Shown here piece by piece: positions 7,471-16,423 of a stretch of 18,718 nt of DNA (positions within the stretch are counted from its first letter, which is position 1; each line of letters begins with the position of its first letter). A model generated the notes under the pieces. The model was not told the origin of the DNA and did no database searches. It was given only the letters and a program-made list of their open reading frames with translations. The stretch comes from a bacterium (GTDB taxonomy: Bacteria > Krumholzibacteriota > Krumholzibacteriia > G020349025): NCBI GenBank assembly GCA_031362565.1, contig JANLSU010000110.1:1-18718 (forward strand), read 5' to 3'. Made by a program: the position numbers and the translations under genes.

Positions 7471-8703
7471 CTACTCGTCGCGCAGCGCTTCGACGGGCCG
7501 CACGGCTGCCGCCCGGCGCGCCGGAATGAAGCCCGCGATCGCGCCGGCCACGACCAACAGCACCGTCGCCGACACCGCAACGCCGAGATTCACTTCCGGA
7601 TTGCGGAAGAAATCCGAACCTTGAATGGCGTGCGCCATGAGTTGCAGAACGCCGACGCCTGCCACCAGTCCAAAGTAGCCCGCGACACTGGTCACGAGCA
7701 CGGCTTCCTGCAGCACGAGCCGCATGACCGACCAAGGGGTCGCGCCCAGGGCCTTGCGAATGCCGATCTCCTTGGTGCGCTCCTTGACGGCGATCATCAT
7801 GATGTTGGACACACCGACGACGCCCGCCAGCAAGGTGCCGATGCCGATCACCCAGACAAAGAGCCGAATGCCGCTCATGAGCCCCATGAAGCGCTGGAAT
7901 TCGACGACCGCGTTGTAGATGGTGACCGCCCGCTGGTCGTCGGGATCGAAGGAATGGCGCGCCGCAATGCGCTCCCGCAAACCAGCGGTGATCGCCTTGC
8001 TCTGTTCGACCGATGCGTCACCCACCGTCAGCATCATCATTCCAACCCGGTTGGCGCCATTGAACGTACGCTGCGCGGTCGAAATCGGCAGGTAGAGCGT
8101 TTCCGATTCGTTTTCGCCGCCCTCATCGGTGAACACGCCGACGACCCGGAACGGAATGCCGTTGACCCGGATATATTCGCCGATCGCCGCCTGCCCCTTG
8201 AAGAGCTGCGCTTTGATCCGGTCGCCAATCACCGCCACCTTGCGAAACTCGCCAATGTCCGTGTCGTTGATGAACCGGCCTTCGGTAATGATCGTTTTCT
8301 CGAGGAACCGGTGGTCCGGGTGCACCGAGCGCACGTTGTAGCTCGAAGTCTCGCGCCCGTAGGCGACGGTCAGATTGCCAGGAATGAAAAACCGCGAGGT
8401 GATGTGTTCGACCCCCGCCACCCCGTCCTTGATGGACGAATAGTCCTCGTTGGTGAACTGCACGAAGCGTCCCGGCGGCATCCCATGGTAGGGCGTGCTC
8501 GTTTGGCCGCTGCGAATGAAGACGCTGTTCGTGGCGTCGTCGCGGAACCCATACTCGACGCCGTGCGCCAGTCCCTGCCCCGAACCCAGGAGCACGACCA
8601 GCATGAGAATGCCCCAGGCGACGCTGAAGCCCGTCAGCGCCGTCCGGAGCTTGTTCTTACGCAGGGTGTCGAGGATTTCTTGCCAGACATCGAGATCGAA
8701 CAT
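7471..8703 (-). CDS. ABC transporter permease, MacB/FtsX family (paralog of the downstream gene)
   Basis: KNKLRTALTGFSVAWGI, GVSNIMMIAVKERTKEIGIRKALGA and PARRAAAVRPVEALRDE. Likely start ATG 8703. Confidence 0.92.
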   Translation of the reverse strand: MFDLDVWQEILDTLRKNKLRTALTGFSVAWGILMLVVLLGSGQGLAHGVEYGFRDDATNSVFIRSGQTSTPYHGMPPGRFVQFTNEDYSSIKDGVAGVEHITSRFFIPGNLTVAYGRETSSYNVRSVHPDHRFLEKTIITEGRFINDTDIGEFRKVAVIGDRIKAQLFKGQAAIGEYIRVNGIPFRVVGVFTDEGGENESETLYLPISTAQRTFNGANRVGMMMLTVGDASVEQSKAITAGLRERIAARHSFDPDDQRAVTIYNAVVEFQRFMGLMSGIRLFVWVIGIGTLLAGVVGVSNIMMIAVKERTKEIGIRKALGATPWSVMRLVLQEAVLVTSVAGYFGLVAGVGVLQLMAHAIQGSDFFRNPEVNLGVAVSATVLLVVAGAIAGFIPARRAAAVRPVEALRDE

Positions 8704-8710
8704 GCGAAGG

Positions 8711-9436
8711 TCAGCCCCTCCCGTCGGTCTCGATGAGCCCATCGCGCAAGCGAATGACGCGCTGGGTCAAGGCCGCAATCTCGCGCTCGTGCGTCACGAT
8801 GATCATGGTGACCCCGCCGGCGTTGATGCCGCGCAACACGTCCATCACTTCGAGGGAAGTCTGTGAATCGAGCGCCCCGGTGGGCTCGTCGGCCAAGATG
8901 ACTTTGGGTTCGGAAATGAGGGCGCGGGCGATCGCCACCCGCTGCTGCTGCCCGCCCGACAGCTCGCGCGGCAGGTGCCCCGCCCAGTCCGCCAGTCCAA
9001 CACGATCCAGATACTCGGCGGCCCGCCGCATCCGCTCGCCGCGCCGCACCCCGCGATAATAAAGCGGCATCGCGACGTTCTCGAGTGCCGTCTTGAAGGC
9101 GATCAAATTGAAGGATTGAAAAATGAACCCCAGCAGTTGGCCGCGCAGGATGGCGGCCCGGGTCTCCGACAGGTTCTTGACGAGCTGGCCGTCAAGGACA
9201 TATTCACCGGCGTCGTAATTGTCGAGGAGCCCGACGACGTTCAAGAGCGTCGACTTCCCCGAGCCCGACGCCCCCATGATCGACACCAGCTCGCCGGACC
9301 CGATATCCAGGTCGATGCCCTTGAGCACATGCAGCGTGTTGGCGCCCATGGCGTAGCTCTTGTGGAGCCCGCTCATGCGCAGCATGGCGGCTTTGCCGTT
9401 CCCGGTGGTGTGCGTCGAAGCCGCCGAAGTCCCCAT
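8711..9436 (-). CDS. ABC transporter ATP-binding protein (MacB/LolD-like)
   Basis: Walker A GASGSGKST, signature LSGGQQQRVAIARAL, Walker B ILADEPTGALD and VTHE. The start may be ATG 9385. Confidence 0.95.
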   Translation of the reverse strand: MGTSAASTHTTGNGKAAMLRMSGLHKSYAMGANTLHVLKGIDLDIGSGELVSIMGASGSGKSTLLNVVGLLDNYDAGEYVLDGQLVKNLSETRAAILRGQLLGFIFQSFNLIAFKTALENVAMPLYYRGVRRGERMRRAAEYLDRVGLADWAGHLPRELSGGQQQRVAIARALISEPKVILADEPTGALDSQTSLEVMDVLRGINAGGVTMIIVTHEREIAALTQRVIRLRDGLIETDGRG

Positions 9437-9508
9437 GCGAGCAGTTTACGCGGTTCGGGGAGCGAAGGTTACTGGGGGGGGAGGATGCCCGGCCTCCCCC
9501 GACCCCCG

Positions 9509-9531
9509 ACGGGCCGGCTCCGCCGGCCCGT
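9509..9531. terminator. GC-rich hairpin just after the response regulator stop (possible terminator or processing stem)
   Basis: ACGGGCCGGC-TCC-GCCGGCCCGT, a 10-bp perfect stem with no U-tract on the minus strand. Confidence 0.4.
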
Positions 9532-9533
9532 AA

Positions 9534-10970
9534 CTAGGGCGTCGAGTCGGGATCAATTCCCAGCTCCCGCATCTTGCGATAGAGGTTCGGGCGTTGCATT
9601 CCCAGACGCTCGGCGGCATGTGTCATGTTGCCGCCGGCATCGCGCAGCGCCTTGCGCACCATGTCGCGCTCGAGCTTGTCGCGCGCTTCGCGGAGCGCGA
9701 GCCCGTGCACGTAGTGGTCGAGCCAGTCGCCACCTTTGCTGGCGGCGGCCGGGGCGTTGAGCTGCAGGTGTGTGGAATCCAGAACGCCGTCCCGCGCGAA
9801 CAGGCTGGCTTGGGTCAGCACGTTTTCCAGTTCGCGGACGTTGCGCGGCCAGGAGTGCTCCATCAACTTGGCGAGCGCGGCTTCTGTCACCCGCGGCTTG
9901 CCGCCATCCGGATAGAGCTTCTGCAAGCAGTGCTCGACCAGGATCGGGATGTCCTCCTTGCGCTCGCGAAGCGGTGGCAGGGCGATCGTAATGACGTCGA
10001 GCCGCGCGAACAGGTCTTCCCGAAACCGGCCTTCCTCGACCGCCGACAACAGATTTTGATTGGTCGCTGCCACGATGCGCACATCGGTCGTCCGCGCCAA
10101 GTTTTCGCCGATGCGCTTGTACTCGCGCAGTTCGATGGCGCGCAGCAACTTGGGCTGCGTATCGAGCGGCATGTCGCCGATTTCGTCTAGGAACAGCGTG
10201 CTGCCGTTGGCCTCCTCGAAAATGCCGCGGCGGTCCTCGGTGGCGCCGGTGAACGACCCATGCTTGTGCCCGAAGAGCTCGCTCTCGATGAGCGCATGCG
10301 ACAGCGACGTGCAATTGATCGTGAACAGCGGCCGGTCACGCCGGGCGCTGGCATAGTGGATGGCGCGCGCCACCAGTTCCTTGCCGGTGCCGCTTTCGCC
10401 GCGTACAAGCACCGTATGGTTGGTGCCGGCGGCCAGCACGATGCGGTCGAACACGGCGCGCATCGGCAAGCTCTGGCCGACGATCTGCGACGGTCCATAG
10501 CGCGTTTGCACTTGGTTGCGAAGCAGCAGGTTGTCGGTCGCCAAGCGGCGGTTCTCGCGCGCCAGTCGCCGGCCGACCAAAGCGCGCTCGAGGCGCAGGC
10601 GAAGCTCGCTCAAGCCGGTTCCCTTGTTGATGTAGTCGACGGCGCCGGCCTGCATCGCCTCGACGGCATTCTCGATCGAAGCGTAACCGGTGATCGCCAG
10701 CACCGCAGCATCGGGATCCAAACGGCGCGCTTGACGAATCACCTCGATGCCGCACTCGAGCTGCGCGGGTTCGCCGTCAGCGCGCGGCAATTCCATGTCG
10801 GTGATCACCACGTCGAATGGCGTCTGCTCGAGCAGCGCGCGTGCCGCCGCTACGGTGTGCGCCTCCTGCGTCGCGTGCCCGAGCTTCTGCAGGGTCATCA
10901 CCATCGCGGCGCGGTGCGCCCGGTTGTCATCCACGACCAGGGTCTGGATGGGCTCTAACGATTTGGTCAC
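9534..10970 (-). CDS. Sigma54-dependent response regulator, NtrC/AtoC family (REC, AAA+, Fis HTH)
   Basis: VVDD and TDMELP receiver motifs, GESGTGKELVARAIH, ESELFGH..GSFTGA, LFLDEIGD, FREDLF, WPRNVRELEN and a C-terminal HTH. GTG start overlaps the kinase stop (GTGA). Confidence 0.96.
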   Translation of the reverse strand: MTKSLEPIQTLVVDDNRAHRAAMVMTLQKLGHATQEAHTVAAARALLEQTPFDVVITDMELPRADGEPAQLECGIEVIRQARRLDPDAAVLAITGYASIENAVEAMQAGAVDYINKGTGLSELRLRLERALVGRRLARENRRLATDNLLLRNQVQTRYGPSQIVGQSLPMRAVFDRIVLAAGTNHTVLVRGESGTGKELVARAIHYASARRDRPLFTINCTSLSHALIESELFGHKHGSFTGATEDRRGIFEEANGSTLFLDEIGDMPLDTQPKLLRAIELREYKRIGENLARTTDVRIVAATNQNLLSAVEEGRFREDLFARLDVITIALPPLRERKEDIPILVEHCLQKLYPDGGKPRVTEAALAKLMEHSWPRNVRELENVLTQASLFARDGVLDSTHLQLNAPAAASKGGDWLDHYVHGLALREARDKLERDMVRKALRDAGGNMTHAAERLGMQRPNLYRKMRELGIDPDSTP

Positions 10971-13198
10971 TCGGGTTCCTCCCCACGCCGGCCGGGCGGC
11001 AACACGACGGTGAAACGCGTCCCGGCACCCACTTCCGACTTGAAGCTCACACGTCCGCCGTGGCTCTCGACGATCTTCCGCACGATCGGCAAGCCCAGGC
11101 CCGTGCCCGCGTCCGCCTTGGTGGTGAAAAACAACGAAAACACTTGTTCGCCGATCTCGGCGGGAATGCCTGCGCCATCGTCCTCGAAGTGCACCATGTA
11201 GTGGCCCACCGGCGCGATGCCGTTGGTGCTGCGTTCGACGACGATGCGCAAGTGGCCGCCCGCCGGCGCCGCCTCGATGGCGTTGTTGATCAGGTTCTGG
11301 AACGCATCGCGAATTTGGCGCCGGTCGGCCTGCACCGGTGCCAGGTGTGGTTCCGACTCGATGCGCAGTTGAATCTGTTTGTCGCGAATTCTCTGGCCCG
11401 CGAACGCCAGCGCTTCGTCCACGACTTGCTGCAGATCACAGTCCGACATTTCCAGAATCGGGTCGCGCGCGTACTCGCGCAGTTCGTCGATCTTGCGGTA
11501 CAGGCTCTCGATTTCGTCCACCATGCAGTCGATCGCCCGGCCCGCGTCACCATGCGGATCGATTTCCTCGCGGACGTTTTCGACATAGAGCCGCAAACCG
11601 CCGAGCGAGTTGCGGATCTCATGCCCAAGCCGCGCCGCGATCTCGCCGATGGCCGCCAGACGCGCCCGGCGCTCGTCCTCCTGTGCGACACGAACGCGCT
11701 CGGTGATATCCGTGAAGGTGAGCAAGTAGCACCGCGCCATCCCCGGTTCCGAACTTTGATCATCGAGCGCCGCGACCGAGAGATCGAAAATGCGATCGGG
11801 AACCGCCTCATCATGCGATTCCACGAGCGCCGCCACATGCACCGGGCGGACGCATGCCGACTCGGCATCCGTTGCCTCTTGGCGGCGCCGGACTTCGTCG
11901 ATCGTCGCCAAGGCCACCGGGCTCCGGGCGAAAAGATCCTGCAGCGATTGGCCGGGCAGCGCCGCTTCGTCGCAGCCCAAGAGTTGCGCGGCCCGCAGGT
12001 TCGCCTTCAAGATGCGCCCGTCGAAGTCTGCAACCAAGAGGCCGCTCGTCGTCGACGACAGGATGAGATCATCGAGGCGCCCGAGACGCGCCATTTCAGC
12101 CACCAGGGCGCGATTGCGATTGCGATAGGTATACAACGGGCAGACGAGCGTTGCAATTTGGAGGGCGGCGATCGGACCCACGAAGTCGAGCCACGCGCCT
12201 TGCCACACGAAGGCAATCTTCTCGGTGACGAAATACGCCACCATGAGCGCGAGGCCCATGCCCACACCGCGCAACGGCGTCAAGCGCGTCATCCACAGCG
12301 CGCCGGCCAGCAGGAACAACCAGTTGATCACGAATTGCAGCAAGCGCGGCGCCGGCTGCAGAAATCGCCCTGAGAGAATCGTTTCGACCGCCGCACCCAG
12401 CACGTGCACCTCGGCCGCTTGCGGTGTCAGCGGCGTCGAATACGAACGCCCAGCGGCGCGCGATGTCGTACCCAGGAGCACCGGGTGCCCGGCCACGGCG
12501 TCGCGCTTGAAACGCCCGGCGGCGACGGTGGAAAGCGCCAAATCGGCACCGTTCTGTTTGCGATAGTTGACGAGCATGCGGCCTTGAGCATCGATCGGGA
12601 TGCGCCGCACCCGCGCCAGATCGATCTGGTGCCCAAGCTGCACCTGCACGTCGCCGGGCGCGATGCCGAGATGCTCGCACGCAACGGCCAGCGCAAACGT
12701 CGGCGTAAAGCCGTCCGCCGCCCGCACGACGAGCGGCATGCGCCGCACGACGCCGTCCTGATCGCGCTCGAGCGCAACGTCCGCCTGGCGCGCCGCGTCG
12801 AACCGCCCGCCCGCCACCACGGTGGCATTCCCCGCCGCGACCACGACCCGCAGACGCCGGTAGTCCGCCCCGAGTTGGAGGGCCGTCGTATCGACGGGCG
12901 CCCAATCGAGGTCGAGACCGAGGGTCGTGACATCGCTGGCCCGCAGGTGCTCGATCGCGTCGGCGTAGGCGCCAAACGGCCAGGGTCCGAGCCCAGTCGC
13001 GGCCAGGCTCTCGTCATCGACGGCGACGGTCACGACGGTCGGCGGGTTCGCACGCCGGGCCCAGAGCTCACGGAGCCGGAAACGGAGATCGAGGGTTTGC
13101 AGTTCGAAGACCTGCAAAGGACCCAACGGCAGGAGGGCTGCACCGGCCAGGCCCGCGGAGAGTGCCGCCACACCCAGAACGAATCGATTCCTACGCAC
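10967..13198 (-). CDS. Sensor histidine kinase: CHASE2, 3 TM, PAS, HisKA, HATPase
   Basis: ELQTLDLRFRLR, VAVDDESLA..G.WP, DQDGVVRRMPL and IPIDAQGRMLVNY (CHASE2); H-box LGHEIRNSLGG, NLINNAIEA, DDGAGI, FFTTK, GTGLGL. GTG at 13198 has GGAGG 7 nt upstream; the ORF-track extension to 13639 looks spurious. Confidence 0.93.
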   Translation of the reverse strand: MRRNRFVLGVAALSAGLAGAALLPLGPLQVFELQTLDLRFRLRELWARRANPPTVVTVAVDDESLAATGLGPWPFGAYADAIEHLRASDVTTLGLDLDWAPVDTTALQLGADYRRLRVVVAAGNATVVAGGRFDAARQADVALERDQDGVVRRMPLVVRAADGFTPTFALAVACEHLGIAPGDVQVQLGHQIDLARVRRIPIDAQGRMLVNYRKQNGADLALSTVAAGRFKRDAVAGHPVLLGTTSRAAGRSYSTPLTPQAAEVHVLGAAVETILSGRFLQPAPRLLQFVINWLFLLAGALWMTRLTPLRGVGMGLALMVAYFVTEKIAFVWQGAWLDFVGPIAALQIATLVCPLYTYRNRNRALVAEMARLGRLDDLILSSTTSGLLVADFDGRILKANLRAAQLLGCDEAALPGQSLQDLFARSPVALATIDEVRRRQEATDAESACVRPVHVAALVESHDEAVPDRIFDLSVAALDDQSSEPGMARCYLLTFTDITERVRVAQEDERRARLAAIGEIAARLGHEIRNSLGGLRLYVENVREEIDPHGDAGRAIDCMVDEIESLYRKIDELREYARDPILEMSDCDLQQVVDEALAFAGQRIRDKQIQLRIESEPHLAPVQADRRQIRDAFQNLINNAIEAAPAGGHLRIVVERSTNGIAPVGHYMVHFEDDGAGIPAEIGEQVFSLFFTTKADAGTGLGLPIVRKIVESHGGRVSFKSEVGAGTRFTVVLPPGRRGEEPE

Positions 13199-13319
13199 CC
13201 AAGCGCCTCCGCGGCACGGGCTCAAATTCGGACACGGACGGACGCGCGTCACCCTTGGAGACGCACCCGCCGCATCACCCTCAAAAAAGGAAGGCCGGCC
13301 GGCCCTGCGTTCGCTCAAC

Positions 13320-13334
13320 GCAACACCTATACCA
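13320..13334 (-). promoter_or_regulatory. Putative sigma54 promoter for the kinase/regulator operon
   Basis: Minus strand TGGTAT-AGGTG-TTGC with GG-N10-GC spacing, ~120 nt upstream of the GTG start. Confidence 0.55.
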
Positions 13335-13633
13335 GACCAGCGCCGGCAGCCGCGCGGGTTGGGTGCCTGCGAATCGTTGCGCAGCCCGCGGTTACAGCGC
13401 GCTGGCGGGCCGGTGGCCGAGCCCGACGCTTGGACGGCACCTTGGTAGCGTATCGAGTCGAGACGATGTGACGCCGATTTGATACACAAGCGCCGGGCGC
13501 CAGGCGGCCCCGATGCACCGCATCCCCCCGCCCCGAGCAACCTGCACGCGACCGCGACAACGCACCATTTCACGATGAGATACGCGACGCGCTTCACATC
13601 TTGTGCGAGGCATTCGGCGGGCTGCGCACAGAA

Positions 13634-13648
13634 CGGCACGCGTGATGC
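13634..13648 (+). promoter_or_regulatory. Putative sigma54 promoter (divergent) upstream of a structured RNA candidate
   Basis: CGGCAC-GCGTG-ATGC with GG-N10-GC spacing. Predicted +1 is ~13660. Confidence 0.45.
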
Positions 13649-13659
13649 GATACGGCTTC

Positions 13660-13925
13660 ACTGGGGTCGGGTTTGACGGAGGAGCGGAGAGACGAGTCCC
13701 GCGACAACACTCGCGACGACTCGGGACGGTCTCCGGCGATCCGCCCGGCTGCATGCAGAGTCGGACGACCCCTTCGAGATCTCCGCCGTTGCGCGCCCCT
13801 CTTCCCGAGGTTGCGAGGGGCCACATCGAACGCCTATGGGGGGAAGGTCCCACGCTCTCCTCCGTGGTCCAGGGGCGCCAACGGTTCGGTTCGCGAGGGC
13901 GCCGTAAGGCGCCCTCGCCGCTTTC
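13660..13925 (+). ncRNA. Candidate structured ncRNA (~190-nt rod plus terminator-like hairpin), architecture reminiscent of 6S RNA
   Basis: Nested helices 13676-13684/13857-13865 (9 bp), 13710-13726/13803-13817 (15 bp with a 2-nt bulge) and 13734-13741/13778-13785, with an internal bubble. No credible ORF covers it. Confidence 0.5.
13893..13925 (+). terminator. Terminator-like hairpin
   Basis: GCGAGGGCGCC-GTAA-GGCGCCCTCGC, 11 bp with a GNRA loop, followed by CGCTTTC (weak U-tract). Confidence 0.6.
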
Positions 13926-14014
13926 GGCTTCCCGCACGCCCCCTTGGCCATGCTGCGCCGCCGCCGCTACGATGCAGCCGCGAGGTTTCGCGCCCACCCA
14001 CGGAGGACAGCGAG

Positions 14015-14839
14015 TTGAAGCAGCAGCAACGATCGTTCGATTGGAGTTCGCACCGGCGTTCGGCACCGTCGACCGCACTGCTGGTGGTGCTGATTCTCCA
14101 GCTCGCTTCCGGCGGCTGCGGTGGTCCGCCGGTCAAAAAGCCCGCTGACCTGAAGACCAACATGGTCTTCGTGCCGGCCGGCGAATTCATCATGGGGCGC
14201 GAGGATGGCGACAAGGACGAACGGCCCGAGCGGCGCGTCTGGCTCGACGCGTTCTACATCGATCGCACCGAGGTGACGAACGCCGAGTTCAAAGTGTTCT
14301 GCGACGCCACCGGTTTTCTCTATCCGAACAATCCCGACGGCGAACAGACCTATTTCCTGGGCCATCCTCAACTGCCGGTCGTGAACATCACGTGGGACCA
14401 GGCGTCGGCGTACTGCAAGTGGTCGAACAAGCACTTGCCGACCGAAGCCGAATGGGAGAAAGCGGCGCGCGGTACCGACGGCCGCAAATACCCGTGGGGC
14501 AACGATTGGGCGGACAGCACCGGGAATTTCTTCCGCACCGATTCGTTTCAGCGCGCCGCACCGGTGGCGAGTTTCGCCGCGGGCGCGAGCCCATACGGTG
14601 CCCTCGACATGGCGGGCAACGTCTGGGAGTGGTGCGCCGACTGGTATCTGCTGACCGCCTACGCGTCAGACCCGGCGCGCAATCCGCAAGGTCCCGTCGG
14701 ACCGACGCCGTGGCGCGTCGTGCGCGGCGGCAGTTTCACCAGTCCCAAATCCGACGCTGAGGTTGCGAACCGCAGCAAGAATCCGCCGACCCAAGTCCTG
14801 CACCACCTCGGCTGCCGCTGCGCCTGGGCGCCGCACTGA
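14015..14839 (+). CDS. Formylglycine-generating-enzyme (SUMF1/FGE-sulfatase) domain protein, probable lipoprotein
   Basis: MVFVPAGEFIMG, FYIDRTEVTNAEF, PVVNITWDQA..YC.W, LPTEAEWEKAARG, DMAGNVWEW and RVVRGGSF. TTG at 14015 has GGAGG 8 nt upstream. A hydrophobic stretch ends in a lipobox-like LASGGC. Confidence 0.9.
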   Translation: MKQQQRSFDWSSHRRSAPSTALLVVLILQLASGGCGGPPVKKPADLKTNMVFVPAGEFIMGREDGDKDERPERRVWLDAFYIDRTEVTNAEFKVFCDATGFLYPNNPDGEQTYFLGHPQLPVVNITWDQASAYCKWSNKHLPTEAEWEKAARGTDGRKYPWGNDWADSTGNFFRTDSFQRAAPVASFAAGASPYGALDMAGNVWEWCADWYLLTAYASDPARNPQGPVGPTPWRVVRGGSFTSPKSDAEVANRSKNPPTQVLHHLGCRCAWAPH

Positions 14840-14886
14840 AGCGGCACTGAGATTGCTTTTGCGCTCTTCCAAGCCATGGAGGGCGC

Positions 14887-15675
14887 ATGTTTCTCGCCAC
14901 ACCTCTCGCGCCCCGGGCGCGTCTGTCGGTCGCGCCACTGGCGACCGGCCTGCTCGTCAGCCTGAATCTGGCGGTCGCAGCGTGGACTCTGCCCCAAGCC
15001 GCCCAGCTGCAAGACGCACGGCTCCACGCAGAAGCCGTTGAGGCATTGGACCCAGCGCCTGACATGCCTGCCCGATTGCATGCCATCCGGCGGGCGGCAG
15101 TCGGTGCCGAGCTCGCGGCAGTCGCCGCCCGCGATCCATTCGAGGTCTGGGGATACCGGCGCGGCGATTCGAATCTCCGCGCACTCCCAGCCCTGTTCGT
15201 GCACGCCGACGCGGGCCACGTGTTGGTGAACGTGGTTGCACTCGCCTTGGCGGGTGCGTGCCTGGAGCAAGTGTGGGGGGCGGTGGCGACCCTGGCGCTC
15301 TTCTTAGGCGCGGGCGCGATGGCGCTGGGCGTCGACGCCCGGCTGGGGCCGCCCGGTCTGCTCCTGGGCGCATCCGCCGGCGCCGCGGCGCTCCTGGGCG
15401 CCTGCTTCGTCCGGTTTCGCGACCGGCGCCTGCCGTTCGGGTACATGCACCTGGAATACTTGCGGCCGCGCTTCGGCGTCTTCCACGTGCGGGCCCGGGT
15501 GGTGGGCGTCGTGTGGGTGGCGCTGCAAGCCCTCGGCGCGGCGATCGCCGCGGCCCGCGGCGATACCAACGTCGCCTTCGTGTCCCACCTGGCGGGCGCC
15601 GGGGCCGGCATCCTGGTCGCCTGGTGCGCCGAGCGCCTGCCGCGGGCAGCCGCCGGCGTGGCCCCGGTTCAGTAA
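14887..15675 (+). CDS. Rhomboid-family intramembrane serine protease
   Basis: LFVHADAGHVLVN (HxxxxHxxxN), GAS catalytic Ser, VAFVSHLAG catalytic His, multiple TM segments and a GGAGG RBS. Confidence 0.88.
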   Translation: MFLATPLAPRARLSVAPLATGLLVSLNLAVAAWTLPQAAQLQDARLHAEAVEALDPAPDMPARLHAIRRAAVGAELAAVAARDPFEVWGYRRGDSNLRALPALFVHADAGHVLVNVVALALAGACLEQVWGAVATLALFLGAGAMALGVDARLGPPGLLLGASAGAAALLGACFVRFRDRRLPFGYMHLEYLRPRFGVFHVRARVVGVVWVALQALGAAIAAARGDTNVAFVSHLAGAGAGILVAWCAERLPRAAAGVAPVQ

Positions 15676-16160
15676 CAGCCGAGCTGGCGCAGACCTTCGT
15701 AGAGAACGATTGCGACCGCGTTCGAGAGGTTGTGGCTGCGCGCGTTGTTCCACATCGGAATGCGATAGCAGCGGTCAGGGTATGCGGCGAGGAAGTCCGG
15801 CTCGAGTCCCACCGATTCCTTCCCGAAAACGATGAGATCGCCGCGCTGAAACGGGATGGCCGTATGGGGCGAAACACCCTTGGCGGTCAGCAGATGGAAC
15901 CGGGGCGCCCCGAGTTCCGTTGCCAGAGCCGCGAACGACGCATGGTAGTAGACCTCGGCGCTCCGCCAGTAATCCATGCCGGCCCGGCGCAGATGCCGGT
16001 CGTCGACCTGAAATCCGAGCGGCTCCACCAGATGCAAAGGACACCCGGTCGCCATCGAGAGCCGGCCGATGCTGCCGGTATTGCCCGGGATTTCGGGCTC
16101 GACAAGGGCGATCCGCAGCGGCGGGTCCGGCGTGGCCTGAACCCCGGGGTGGCTTTTCAT
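15669..16160 (-). CDS. trmL: tRNA (cytidine/uridine(34)-2'-O)-methyltransferase, SpoU family
   Basis: IALVEPEIPGNTGSIGR, LHLVEPLGF, LRRAGMDYW, FGKESVGL and RIPM...RSHNLSNAVAIVLYE. Confidence 0.93.
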   Translation of the reverse strand: MKSHPGVQATPDPPLRIALVEPEIPGNTGSIGRLSMATGCPLHLVEPLGFQVDDRHLRRAGMDYWRSAEVYYHASFAALATELGAPRFHLLTAKGVSPHTAIPFQRGDLIVFGKESVGLEPDFLAAYPDRCYRIPMWNNARSHNLSNAVAIVLYEGLRQLGCY

Positions 16161-16245
16161 TCGGTCTCTTAAGTCCTCCGGTTGGGCCACCGCTGTCAAA
16201 AAAACATCCCGCTACACCTTGGTAGTTCCACGCGCCAGGCGCGTC

Positions 16246-16254
16246 TGCTATGAT
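16246..16254 (+). promoter_or_regulatory. Possible extended -10 promoter for the secreted-protein gene
   Basis: TG-C-TATGAT about 170 nt upstream of ATG 16424, with no good -35. Confidence 0.35.
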
Positions 16255-16423
16255 ACGCCAACCCTTGGATCCGCCACGGAAGGCCGCCGAAATCATTCTG
16301 TGTACGCGCCGAGCCCCACAGTGGACTTGGCGCGGTGGGTGACTGCGGCCGACGGAAGAGCTGCTTCGCGTCAGTGGACCACGGGCGAGAGTTGCCATTT
16401 CAGCCACTCCTCGGGAGGACATC

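Noticed and set aside
5228..13471. Long antisense or alternate-frame ORFs (e.g. 6225-7529, 7249-8736, 10817-12373, 12404-13471)
   Set aside because: Shadow ORFs expected opposite real genes in high-GC DNA.
13660..13880. tmRNA, RNase P, SRP or cobalamin riboswitch
   Set aside because: The 5' GGGGTCGGGTTTGACGG is vaguely tmRNA-like, but there is no T-arm/CCA end at the right distance, no GAGGAAAGUCC and no B12 box.
13199..14014. N-terminal extensions of the kinase (to 13639) and the FGE protein (from 13673)
   Set aside because: Low-complexity Arg/Pro/Gly-rich translations. Better starts with GGAGG exist at 13198 and 14015.
14015..14839. Catalytic formylglycine-generating enzyme or DGR target gene
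   Set aside because: The catalytic CxxxxC motif is absent after RGGSF, and there is no template repeat or reverse transcriptase in the window.
16171..16199. Sigma70 promoter for trmL (TTGACA on the minus strand at 16199-16194)
   Set aside because: No acceptable -10 hexamer at 16-18 nt spacing.
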